Notes under the pieces: model-generated
What the model saw: the letters and a program-made list of their open reading frames with translations, nothing else
Database searches by the model: none
What the model was told of the DNA's origin: nothing
From: the human T2T-CHM13v2.0 reference genome, Homo sapiens
DNA: 64,000 nucleotides
Reading direction: 5' to 3' (one strand)
Assembly: GCF_009914755.1 (NCBI RefSeq)
Contig: NC_060931.1
Shown: piece after piece, positions 1-31,773 of the stretch
How the letters are laid out: the number at the start of each line of letters is the position of its first letter
Numbering within the stretch: the first letter of the stretch is position 1
Made by a program: the position numbers and the translations under genes

Positions 1-1
1 T

Positions 2-118
<117 letters not shown>

Positions 119-661
119 TCAAAAAAAAAAAAAAAAACGAAAGAAAATGTATTGTTTTACTTGGATTGTTGAGACAAATTTCTTATATTTGTCCAGGATG
201 TCGGCTCGTGTTAATGGCTGGCATTAATAAGGGATTCCTCTACAGGGGATAGTTTTTTCTTTTCTTATTATTTATTTTTTTTCTGCTTTCCCCACAAACT
301 ATTACTTGGGACTCCCCCAACTCCTATCTCCTAAGGAGTTGAAGAACCACTGAGGGAATTGCAAGCCCAAGCTCTCACCCCTAACTAGATACATGAACTG
401 AAAAGTAAGACGGTCACAGTCCTTAGCTGTGCCTTTGAATTAGAAGCTGCTTTTCAATAACTTCATTTACCTGTCAATCGGTTTGTCTTCCTTCCTAAAC
501 TGTGGATGCTGCCCTGGTGCCTGTTTTGTGTGTGCGTAGCTGATGTTGCTGTGGCCCCGGGTCAGTTTTCTTCACCTCCCGGGCCTTTGTTTCCACAGCT
601 GTAAAAAGAGTTAAAACTACTTCTACCACCCTTTATCTTTTTCATCCCAGGAGAGCACTGA

Positions 662-725
662 GTAGTTTTCAACAGGTATTTGTGGAATGTAGTTTTCAAC
701 AGGTATTTGTGGAATTTAGTTTTCA
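662..725. repeat. 27-bp tandem duplication (about 2.4 copies)
   Basis: GTAGTTTTCAACAGGTATTTGTGGAAT at 662-688 and 689-715, plus a partial copy. Confidence 0.9.
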
Positions 726-914
726 GAAAAAGGACTAAGACTGGGAATATCGATAAAATGATTGGACCAGTTTAGAAAGTTCTATAAAATGCGAGAGAGA
801 AAGGGATAATTGCTTGACACTGGAAAATAATGCAGGGAGGGATATTTTGTGTCCATATAACCAGGATCAGAGACAGAGAGAAGGAAAGAAAAATTTATTC
901 AAATAACACAGCTA

Positions 915-1142
<228 letters not shown>

Positions 1143-1273
1143 TTAGCCAGGAGTGGCCGGGCGCAGTGGCTCACGCCTATAATCTCAGCACTTTGGGAGG
1201 CCGAGGAGGGCGGATCACGAGGTCAGGAGATCGAGGCAAGCCTGGCTAACACGGTGAAACCCCATCTCTACTA

Positions 1274-2126
<853 letters not shown>

Positions 2127-2139
2127 TAATTTATCTTTG

Positions 2140-2262
2140 TATATAAGTAAACTACATGAAGGCAGAGTTTTTTTGGTTTATGTTGTTCACTGCCACTTTC
2201 CCAATACCTTAAATTGTGCTTGGCCCATAGTAAATACTCAGTAAATATTTGTCGAATGAATG
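2140..2262 (+). mobile_element. L2 3' end fragment
   Basis: CATGAAGGCAGAG...GTGCTTGGCCCATAGTAAATACTCAGTAAATATTTGTCGAATGAATG. Confidence 0.65.
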
Positions 2263-3004
2263 TATGATACTGTCTAACATTCAGCCTTCCATGCTGCAAG
2301 TCGTCAGTACACATCGTTGAGCATACAAATGTTGGAGTTTTTTTGTGCAAATACATTCTCCACCCCACCCCTTAAAAGGCATGTGGTGACCTCGTTTGAA
2401 ACAACAGCAGCAACAACAAAAACCCAGTTACTTTGGGATTGAGAATATAGACCAATTTTTCAGAACTAAAATATCTTCAAGCTTTATGGTTTCAGTTATC
2501 TAAGAGTGATGAAAAGCTTGGTCATAATTCAGTATCAGTACATCCATGTCAGAAACAGCATCATGAACTTTTATTACTTCATATATGGACTACCCTTTAA
2601 GAAATAATAGAGGCCTGGCACAGTGGCTCACGCCTGTAATCCCAGCACTTTGGGAGGCCGAGGCGGGTGGAACACCAGAGGTCAGGAGTTCGAGACCAGC
2701 CTGGCCAACATGGCAAAACCCTGTCTGTACTAAAAATACAAAACTTAGCCAGGTGTGGTGGTGGGTGCCTGTAATCTCAGCTACTTGGGAGGCAGAGGCA
2801 GGGAGAATTCCTTGAACTCAGGAGTCGCAGGTTGCAGTGAGCCAAGATTGTGCCACTGCACTCTGGTCTGGGTGACAGATGGAAGCTCTGTCTCAAAAAA
2901 AAAAAAATAATAATAATAATAATAATAGCAGAACTTTATTTAAAGGAGATTTTGAGGCTTACTATGGATGATTATTTTCACTTTTGGCAACATATACTGA
3001 GTTA

Positions 3005-3205
<201 letters not shown>

Positions 3206-3285
3206 TCAACCCAGGAGGCGGAAATTGAGCTGAGATCATGCTATTGCACTGTAGCCTGGGTGACAGAGTGAGACTCCGTCTCAAA

Positions 3286-3670
3286 AATATATATATATAC
3301 ACACTTATATACCTATAATACGTATATACGTATATACCTATAATACGTATATACGTATACGTATATACGTATTATAGGTATATACGTATATGCATGTATG
3401 TGTATTATATGTAATATACGTATATGCATGTATGTGTATTATATGTAATATACGTATATGCATGTATGTGTATTATATGTAATATACGTATATGCATGTA
3501 TGTGTATTATATGTAATATACGTATATGCATGTATGTGTATTATATGTAATATACGTATATGCATGTATGTGTATTATATGTAATATACGTATATGCATG
3601 TATGTGTATTATATGTAATATACGTATATGCATATCATTATGCATATTATTATACATATACATATTATTA
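3286..3670. repeat. AT-rich region: 68-bp perfect palindrome (3324-3391) plus 34-bp minisatellite (3381-3633, about 7.4 copies)
   Basis: Unit TATACGTATATGCATGTATGTGTATTATATGTAA; palindrome centred between 3357 and 3358. Confidence 0.92.
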
Positions 3671-3906
3671 ACATGAGGTTTTTACGATGTCCTATTTGAA
3701 GAGAAGAAATGGCAAAATTGGCCTGCAAAAGAACAATCTGTAATCTAAACTGATTGAACAGTAATTCTCGGGTTGAAAAGTAGAGTTCGGCTGGGTGCCG
3801 TGGCTCCTGTAATCCCAGCACTTTGGGAGGCCGAGGCGAGTGGATCACCTGAGGTCAGGAGTTCGAGGCCAGTCTGACCAACATTGCAGAAACCCCCTCT
3901 CTACTA

Positions 3907-4308
<402 letters not shown>

Positions 4309-4797
4309 TGATCCGCCCGCCTTGGCCTCCCAAAGTGCCGGGATTACAGGCGTGATCTCATTTAATTATTAAATGAAATTCTAGGAAGTTACGGTAAACT
4401 TATTTCACCTTCTATTTTAAAAGAGCTATAAAAATATATGTTTTGGTTATTATGGGATACTTTTGTTTGTTTGTTTGTTTTTATATGGGGGCTGGCTGTG
4501 TTGCCCAGGCTGGCCTCAAACTCCTGGGCTCAAGCAATCCTTCCACTTCAGCCTCCTGTGTAGCTGGGATTACAGAGACACAACACCACATCAGGCTGGG
4601 ATCTTTCATTCTTACATTTATTTCATGATGGGTTACATGAAATAGTTAACACTATTCAAAATGTAGTGAATGTCATAAGGTTTCATTGTGTTGTTAGCTA
4701 ATTAGCTAACAACAACAACAAAAGATTTATATAATCCCTAGATTGTAAAAGTTGTGACTATAGCAGATATATTTTTCTGTAAAGACACGAATGTGCT

Positions 4798-5836
<1,039 letters not shown>

Positions 5837-6107
5837 GACATGAATGTACTGGGTATGATTCGAACTGGATTTGTTTCAAGCCTACAAGTCTCTCTCTCTG
5901 ATAAGTGTCATCAAAAAACACTGGGTGAAATAATGTTTACTTACTTATTTATTCAACACATATTTATACCCCAAAGGGAGTCTTGTGGAGGATAGAGATG
6001 GATGTATACTGTGGGTCCTTGCCTGCCCCTTGAGAGGCAGCCTATAAATGCCATTCATGTTATTCTTAAAAGTGTGGAAAAGTACCCAAGCTGCTCTTAG
6101 CTTTCTT

Positions 6108-6203
6108 CCTCCTCCTCCTCCTCCTCCTCCTCCTCCTTCCCCTACTTCCCTCCCTCCCCGGCTCCCTCCCTCCCTCCTTCTCTCCCTCCCTTCCTTCCTT
6201 CCT
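6108..6203. repeat. (CCT)n/(CCTT)n polypyrimidine low-complexity tract
   Basis: Direct reading. Confidence 0.85.
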
Positions 6204-6301
6204 GGCTAATCAAGTGAAGCAGTGGGAGTGGAGAAGGAACGAAGAAATCTATAACTGGTTGTGATCAATTAGTTGTAAACACCACTGCACTCAGACCGGC
6301 C
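6204..6301 (-). pseudogene. Y3 RNA (RNY3-derived) retropseudogene
   Basis: Minus strand reads GGCCGGTCTGAGTGCAGTGGTGTTTACAACTAATTGATCACAACCAGTTATAGATTTCTTCGTTCCTTCTCCACTCCCACTGCTTCACTTGATTAGCC, about 5 substitutions from recalled hY3. TSD CTTAGYTTTCTT at 6096-6107 and 6302-6313. Confidence 0.9.
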
Positions 6302-6316
6302 CTTAGTTTTCTTTAA

Positions 6317-11682
<5,366 letters not shown>

Positions 11683-12574
11683 TAAGTTTTCATAGGTACT
11701 TGGATCTAGTCTGGACTCTATTCCTGATTGTTTATTCATTTCTAAGTACATTCTTCCATGTGACCTTTGGTACTATTTCATTGAACTCCCCGCCCCCAGC
11801 CCCAAATCTTGTAGGGACTACTATAAACTGTTTAATAAGAACTTTCCCCTTCTGTGTGGGAATTTGGCCTTTCATTAAATTTCTAGTTGTTTCTCTGGCA
11901 CCCTGATAAGGCTAGTATGTCAACTGTGTTACAACATTGCTTGTGGTAAAAATGATTTGACTGGTAAATTGCGTCTTCACTGGGAGAAACTAAAGTATCC
12001 AATGGAGACCCTACATCTTAAGTGCAATGACATAAGAGGCATATGTCTCAGGAAGCTTAGAAGCTATGCCTGTGGGTAACAGGTCATAAAACTTTTAAAA
12101 CCAGGTGTCTTGTGCACTTGCGTGATGTGGATCTCACATCTCAGACCTAAGTTGTATTGCTGCGTGAACTGCTACAAGGATCCCTGTGGAATGCCTGGCA
12201 CTGCCCTACTTGCTGCATCCTATCCTGTATTTTTCTAAGTGAATATGCCAAATGTGGACTAACGGTTTTCTAAGTCTGAATGTTTAACTTAAGACACCCT
12301 GCTGAACATAGCATTCTCACTCTAACTCCGTGAAGTGCACAATAATATACATTTGAAGGTAAGGATTGAAATATTTATAGTACTAGGTTTTCCCATACAG
12401 TAATATGAATTCAGGATACATACATAAAAGACAACAAATGTTTTTCATTTTCTTCATTTGAGCTTTGCACTTTAATAACAAATTTAATAATTTGTTATTA
12501 AAAAATAGTATAAACTCTAAATTACCTTAAGAACAACCAAAGCATACAAATCGTACTTTAAAATGTTAAATTTT

Positions 12575-21832
<9,258 letters not shown>

Positions 21833-22114
21833 CTATCTTTCCTTCAGCATGGTGCTGGTACTGAATATTCTCAATATTTACAATTCGGTCTCCCCCAAAA
21901 GAGAAGAAAAACAAGGGTTTTAAAAGAACCAAAGAAAAGACAAGGAATAACATTCTAGTGTAAGAAAAAATATTTTTAAAAATGAGAAATATTGGGAAGT
22001 TAAAACTCAGGATGGGTAAACTTTCATATAAATACACACTGGGGGGATGTGAGGGAAAAGGAAGGACCAGTTCCTCAATCATATTTCTCCATGGTACCAC
22101 AATAAAGAGACAAT

Positions 22115-22837
22115 CCCATTTTCAAAGAAATTAGCTTTTATTTGAGACTACTTTTCCCCACATGTATCTTTTAAGAATTCTATGCTATGTGATAACCTGC
22201 TTATCCACTGTCCCAATACCAAAATTTCTAACAGCGAATTATACAACTGCTCTAGGTAATAAATAAGGGTTGTCCTTCACTGATTAAGGGAATAAACTTC
22301 AATAAACTTAACAACAACAAAAAAAATCACACTTTAGTTTTTAAGTTTTAACAGATGTATTTCAAATACAGCATGTTTTACAGGAGTTCACAAGCTTTTC
22401 ATCTCTAAAAAAAAACTTTCAACTACCTGACTGTTCCATTCCACCCCAGACAAACCTGACATGACTGAACTACTTCATGTGTTACTTTCCCAAAAATAAA
22501 GTTAAAAAAAAAAAGGAACTCATGATAAATGCAGATCTCTAATACAGTATCTAACACAAAAGAAGCTTTAAAAAGACAGTTTCTTTCCTTATTTGATTAG
22601 CTAGAAGTTTATCTAGGTAAAAGCAAAAAAAAAAATTTACAAAGCATAACATAACATTGGGGTTCTTTTTATACTCAAGATGTTTAACTGTTCAAAATGA
22701 CAACAATTACATCTTTTAAGAGTATAATAAAATGGGTGGAAAACAGCAACACAACTGACAAAAGTGTAGATGCTAAATAAACCAAAGTTTTTTTCTTAAG
22801 GAGTAGGAAGAATCCACAGCTTGGGGAAATCTCAGAA

Positions 22838-22870
<33 letters not shown>

Positions 22871-22903
22871 AAAAAAATGTCCTTAATTGCAACCATTCCG
22901 TTA
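22115..22903 (-). other. TRA2A: TRA2A 3' UTR
   Basis: AU-rich, Alu-free sequence from the stop codon to the distal poly(A) signal; U26 run at 22840-22865. Confidence 0.8.
22137..22142 (-). terminator. TRA2A distal polyadenylation signal AATAAA
   Basis: TTTATT on + strand; a GU/U-rich downstream element (TGTCTCTTTATTGTGG) follows on the minus strand at about 22097-22112. Confidence 0.75.
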
Positions 22904-22914
22904 TCAATAGCGTC
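22904..22914 (-). CDS. TRA2A: TRA2A last coding exon part (RRY-stop)
   Basis: Acceptor T24-GCTTTTTCTCTTTTAG|GA CGC TAT TGA, followed directly by TAA. Confidence 0.93.
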
Positions 22915-22921
22915 CTAAAAG

Positions 22922-22952
<31 letters not shown>

Positions 22953-23091
22953 AAGTTAACAATTATAGTTTAATTTGCCTCATATTTTTCCAACTATTAA
23001 CTGCCACCTTCCACCTTATACTCTAATATTCTAAAGTAAGCCATTAATTAGAAATGAGGTTTTTTATGCTACAAAAGTAAAGTTCACATAC

Positions 23092-23159
23092 TTGGGCTGT
23101 AGGAACGAGATCTTGATCGTGATCTATATCGACTATAATAAGGAGAAGGTGATCGTCTT
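23092..23159 (-). CDS. TRA2A: TRA2A coding exon 7 (RRSPSPYYSRYRSRSRSRSYSP; RS2 domain)
   Basis: Acceptor TTTCTTACAG|AAG (NAGNAG), donor CAA|GTATGT, 68 nt. Confidence 0.95.
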
Positions 23160-23483
23160 CTGTAAGAAATGAAAGATTACTTAGCATACTATATAATCAC
23201 TCCACTGAGGCAGATGAAAATAAAAATTCCTCATCATTCAAAATAATAATGTACCTAAGGTGATAACTACTTAATATTAAGTTCTCTTTCTGCCAATGAG
23301 ACCAGAAAAGTATATAGCACAACAAAATACTGACATATACAGACTGCTAACTTCTGCTCCCAAAGGCGTCATATATGATCTATTTTAAAAATCAAGTTTT
23401 TATTCATATGTATCCAACATAAAAGTGCCAAGTAACACTACTATCATCTAATTTAGAACAGAAAGCTCAAGTTAAAACATTAC

Positions 23484-23612
23484 CTGTATCGGTAATCATA
23501 GTCTTCATATCTGTCATACCCACGATCATATCCTCTATCATAGTAAGAATCTCGACGTCTGCCACCACCTCCACCTCCACCGCCGCCGCCTCCTCCACCA
23601 CCCCCACCACTA
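23484..23612 (-). CDS. TRA2A: TRA2A coding exon 6 (HS-G16-RRRDSYYDRGYDRGYDRYEDYDYRY)
   Basis: Acceptor TTCTGCAG|TAG (NAGNAG), donor AG|GTAATG, 129 nt; 16 Gly codons at 23561-23608. Confidence 0.95.
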
Positions 23613-24031
23613 CTGCAGAAAAATGTAAAAATTCTCCATTAGTGTGAATGACTATTTTCCAGGACACTTTAATACAAATTGAATGGCTTAAAAAAGAGAA
23701 AAGTGAGGAAGAACATCCCTTTCATGAGAAATTGCCTCCGTATCTCATTTTACTGACTCCCATGGTATTCTGGTTTGCCTTATTCCCTACATACATAATC
23801 AAGAAGGGCTTCACAAAACTCTCAAAACTATTAACTGCTTTTCTACTAATGCACTGCCCAAATTAAAATCTTTTCAACAAATTGAAACGATGAAGCACTG
23901 TGTTGAGCAGCAGTATAAAAATGCTAAGATGCATTCCTACTGCTAAATGAGACTGGTAAATAAATAAATAAATGAATAAAAGGTGTATCCCTGTGACTAA
24001 AAGGCAATAAACACCAAGAATTTTTAAGTAA

Positions 24032-24301
<270 letters not shown>

Positions 24302-24765
24302 TAGTAGAGACGGGGTTTCACCGTGGTCCCGATCTTGTGATCTCGTGATCCACCCGCCTCGGCCTCCCAAAGTGCTGGGATTACAGGTGTAAGCCACTGC
24401 GCCCGGCAAATGAACATCGTGAGCCAGCCAGGAGGGTTGTATATTTAAAAACATTATCAAAACCCCTACTTATGTTTTTTTTCTTTTTTGAGAAAGAGTC
24501 TCACTCTGTTGCCCAGGCTCACTGCAACCTCTGCCTCCCAAGTTCAAGTGATTCCTGTGCCTCAGCTCCCGAGCAGCTGGGATTACAGGCATGTGCCACC
24601 ACACCTGGCTGATTTTTTATTTTTTTTTAGTAGAAGCAGGGTTTTGCCATGTTGCCCCTTGCCAGAATCAATTCTAATTATAGGAAAAAAGTTTCTGAGT
24701 AATCAAAATTTTGCACATATTTCTGGTGGATTTCATAGTTTAGCTTAGGAAACTTGAACTCTTAC

Positions 24766-24881
24766 TGAGTTGGTCTGCCCATGTAGATGCCTGGTGTTGG
24801 TGTGTGCGCTCTCTTGGTTATAGAATAATCCACCCGAATTCTTCTACCATCCAGCTCCATTCCATTTGCCCTTTCCATAGC
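24766..24881 (-). CDS. TRA2A: TRA2A coding exon 5 ([38 protein letters not shown])
   Basis: Acceptor TCTTTATAG|GCT, donor CA|GTAAGA, 116 nt. Confidence 0.96.
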
Positions 24882-25080
24882 CTATAAAGAACAGGCACAA
24901 AAAGTCACGTATAATTCACCAGTCTTGAAGTAATCATTACTTAAAATTAAGCACAAAGTATATGTAATCCAAATAAACTCCTGATTTTGAAAATGACAGC
25001 AATGTAGCTTGTACAGGGCATTGTATAGACAATTCTAGACCTCAACAATGTCCAGAACACATTTAAATTTACTCAGCAGA

Positions 25081-25234
25081 AAGAGTAGTTAATAAACTTT
25101 CCCAAATAATTTTCCAGTTCTGGTTCAATTCCCATTCCCCACTCCATGAGATCAACAAAGAGTAGTTAACAAACTTTCCTAAATAATTTTCCAGTTCTGG
25201 TTCAATTCCCATTCCCCACTCCATGAGATCAACA
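25081..25234. repeat. 77-bp tandem duplication in TRA2A intron 4
   Basis: 25081-25157 and 25158-25234, 2 mismatches. Confidence 0.92.
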
Positions 25235-25858
25235 GGGGAGCGGAGACTGAAGTCTTTTCAAGCTAAATTTTTTGTAGGTTGCCCAGGTAGACTGCCATTT
25301 CATACTTTCTAGTCTCCAGCGATTTCACTTACAAAGACTGACTTCAGAACATTAAAAAGGGTTTGCTAAGCTTTATACATGTTCTTTTTATAACCTGCCC
25401 CCAATCTTATTCTTTAGTTTGCAGTCTAGTACACTGATTAAGACTCAGTGAGCAGCCAAGAAGAAATGATATAAACAGACAAGAACAAATTTATCGTAAT
25501 GCCTTTCAACCTTTTATTGAGACTGAACTAATAAAAGTATAATAAACTAATAAAAACTACACAATTTTTATGTATCCACAAATATTTCTCCGTAAGAGTG
25601 TCCCATAAACTAAAGGTCATTAAAAAAAAAAAAAAAAAAAAAGGAGGTCTCACTCCATTGCCCAGGCTGGCAGTGGATCATAGTTCACTGTGGCCTCAAA
25701 CTTCTTGGCTTATGCAATCCTCCAGCCTTAGTCTCCTAAGTAGCTAGGACCACAGGTTTGTGCCACCATGCTCGGCTAATTAAAACAAAAATTCTTGGTA
25801 GAGAAGGGGTCTAAACAGTATTCCATTCAATGGAATGCATTTTATTATTTATTTATGA

Positions 25859-26119
<261 letters not shown>

Positions 26120-26752
26120 TAAGCCACCACGCCTGGCCTGCATGCATTTATTTTTGTAGAGACAAGATCTGTTGCCCAGGCTGGTCTCTTAACTCGTGGC
26201 CTCAAGTGGCCTTCCCACCTCAGCCTCCCAAATAGCATGAGCCGCCTTGCACAGCCTAATTCTTGAAGATAAGAGTTGTCTCTTTGGTCTCTTTGAAAAG
26301 AACTCTGAGAGTATTATTTGTTTCTGGGACAATTTTTTTTTCCTATTCTCTCACACACATATATATATTTGTAGAGACCAAGTCTCCCTATGTTTCCCCA
26401 GGCTGGTCTCAAACTCCTGGGCTCAAGTAAATCCTCTTGCCAAAGTGCTGGGATTAGAGGCATGAGCCACCACACCCGGTCCAATTTTTAAAAAGAACTT
26501 TACATCACATAAATGTCTGCAAAAGCAAAGCTGCAACAAATTTAACACATCTTCCATTTGAAGTTCCAAAAATCAAAATTCTCTAAGTTGATCTCCCCGC
26601 ACCCCATCCTAAGCACCCCCCAAAAAAACACACACAAAATCTCTAAGTACTTCTTACTAAAACAGGGTGAGGAGCTTATATTATTATCTTCACCATATGC
26701 ACACTAATAACTTTGAAACTTCAGTGAAATTTTCAGAATCAGGGAGAAGTTA

Positions 26753-27088
<336 letters not shown>

Positions 27089-27174
27089 TCACTTTAGCCA
27101 AGTGAAGTGGCTCATGCCTGTAATCCTGGCACTTTGGGGAGGCCAAATCACTTGAGGTCCAGAGTTTGAGGCTA

Positions 27175-27423
<249 letters not shown>

Positions 27424-27689
27424 TCAAATCACTTCAGATTGCCTGTCCCTAAAGACTGGAGACAGTCTCAGCCATACAGAAGAAACCATACAACATGCCT
27501 GTGTTAGCTGAGAATTCAGCCTGGGCAACTGAAAAGAGAAACTGTGATTTAGCTGACAAGCCTCGTCACCCCGCTCCTTAAGTAACATATTGTCACCTAG
27601 TGAACTAAAAGGAACTTCTAATCCTGCCACTAAGTAACTGCTCCTGTCTTTAAAGTTGCCAGTTAAGCTTTTTTTTCTTTTCTTTTTGA

Positions 27690-27839
<150 letters not shown>

Positions 27840-28282
27840 TAATTTTTGTATTTTAGCAGATGGGGTTTCACCCTGTTGGCCAGGCTGGTCTTGAACTCCT
27901 GACCTCAGGTGATCTGCCCGCCTCAGCCTCCCGAAGTGCTGGGATTACAAGGTGCGAGCCACTGTGCCCGGCCTGCCATTTTAGTTTTATCCAGAAGTGG
28001 AAGGGGACAGGTGGAATCAAGAGATAAACACGTTTCACATTAAAAAATATTAATAATAAAAAAATTACACTGTTCTGGCTTGCATTTTGCAACTTTTACT
28101 TCAGCTCAGATATCCTAGTATTTCTAAATTGATAACATGTATCTCTTAATTGAGAAAAGGAATATATAAATCACAAATACGTAACAGTAAAAAAAAAAAT
28201 CATAAGACTGACAAATTAAGGCATTAAACTGCCTGTGACATAAATGACTTAAAAACTAAAGTACTAGTTTGTTAGAGTTATC

Positions 28283-28402
28283 CGGGGTTTCTCAACCTTA
28301 GCACTATTGACATTTTGAGACTGATTCTATGTTATGGGGTGCCAGCTTGTGTACTGTATGGTTATTTAGCAGTGTTCCTGGCTTCTACCCACCAGATGCC
28401 AA
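28283..28402. mobile_element. MER20 fragment
   Basis: GGGGTTTCTCAACCTTAGCACTATTGACATTTTG...CTACCCACCAGATGCCA. Confidence 0.7.
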
Positions 28403-28528
28403 GAACTTACTGTTTTTAAAAGATAGCCTTATTTGGCCAGGCGCGGTGGCTCACACCTGTAATTCCAACACCTTGGGAGGCTGAGGCGGGTGGATCACGA
28501 GGTCAGGAGATTGAGATCATCCTGGCTA

Positions 28529-28778
<250 letters not shown>

Positions 28779-29560
28779 CTAATAAAACTTCCAGATATAT
28801 ACAAATATATATATATTAATTTAAAAGACAGAAGGTCTAACAAAACTAAAAGTATTGAGCTTCAAATTCTTTAAAATGCAATTTTCTAAATCAATTACTA
28901 TCAACTTTTAGTAAAGAGTAAGCGAGCCTAGGCCAGGTATGGTGGTTCACATCAGTAATTCTAGCACCTTGGGAAGCCAAGGCAGGAGGAACAGTTGAGG
29001 CCAGGAGTTGTTCCGAGACCAGCCTAAGCAACACAGCAAGACTCCCTGCAAAAACTTAAAGCAAGCCTACCACTTCCTTTATAATACCGAACATGTTAGA
29101 ATAGCACTATTTCAAGTCATTGACATTGATTAGTTCATTGTGTTAGGCAAGTTAAGAATAGCACTAAAAAATTATCAATTCTTTCCATGTACTATTTTTC
29201 AATTATTGAACACACTGATAAATGAACATTTAGAGAATAGAAAAACAAGTTCCTTCCTCATTATAGACACAAAATTAAACATATCAAACCCACACATCAG
29301 AATTATTTTTTAAAAGTTAATGTAATCATCTGTTTGGAGCATCATTATGGCTTATTCAAAAGAGAACACTTACACATATACTTTTTCCATTAATTTAAAC
29401 ACATATAGCTCACTTTACACAGCCAGATTTCAATTAGGATATGCCTATAGCAGAGAGCATAACCAAAAAAAGTGAAACTGTAGTCACTCCAATTGTTAAC
29501 ACTGAGAGGCAGAGTTTGAATCAGGTCAAAATTAGAAAGGACACAACAGGCCATGTATGA

Positions 29561-29992
<432 letters not shown>

Positions 29993-30222
29993 TAGCCAGG
30001 ATAGTCTCGATCTCCTGACCTCGTGATCCACCTGCCTCGGCCTCCCAAAGTGCTGGGATTACAGACATGAGCCACCGCGCCTGGACGCAAGATCCTATCT
30101 TTAAAAAAAAAAAAAAGAAAAAAAGGAAGAAAAAAGGATGCAATGTTTACAGAAATAAGTCTATTAATCAACTTTTCACACTAATTCAGTACTATAATCA
30201 GGCATATAAAAGACAAATTTAC

Positions 30223-30411
30223 CTCCTTTGAGTCATCTATTCTCTCAAAATACACAAAAGCAAATCCTCGAGATCGCCCAGTTCGCTGATCATAAACCAC
30301 ATTGACACCACTCAATGGTCCATATCGAGAAAATACTTCACGAAGATCCCTCTCTGTTGTGTACAAACTGAGGCCAAACACTCCAAGGCAAGTGTTGGGA
30401 TCTGGATTTGC
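30223..30411 (-). CDS. TRA2A: TRA2A coding exon 4 (RRM with RNP2 LGVFGL and RNP1 RGFAFVYF)
   Basis: Acceptor TTCAATAG|GCA, donor GAG|GTAAAT, 189 nt; overlaps ORF 30181..30381. Confidence 0.97.
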
Positions 30412-30582
30412 CTATTGAATGGAAATATTATTTAAAACTCCAAATTAAAATCAAAATCAAAGAAACACAGAAATACTTTGTTTAGAACACCTCATCTAAT
30501 ACACAATAAATATATTGTTTCTAATAATTTGGAGATAAGATTTTAAGAGAACTAGAGCAGATGAGCCATATTTTACAATTCA

Positions 30583-31773
<1,191 letters not shown>

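Noticed and set aside
3381-3633. Regular 34-bp repeats superficially like a CRISPR array
   Set aside because: No unique spacers, no cas genes, eukaryotic context; it is a minisatellite.
23561-23608. Poly-Gly tract as a repeat expansion
   Set aside because: Sixteen mixed GGN codons give the expected 282-aa length; the tract is interrupted and not expanded.
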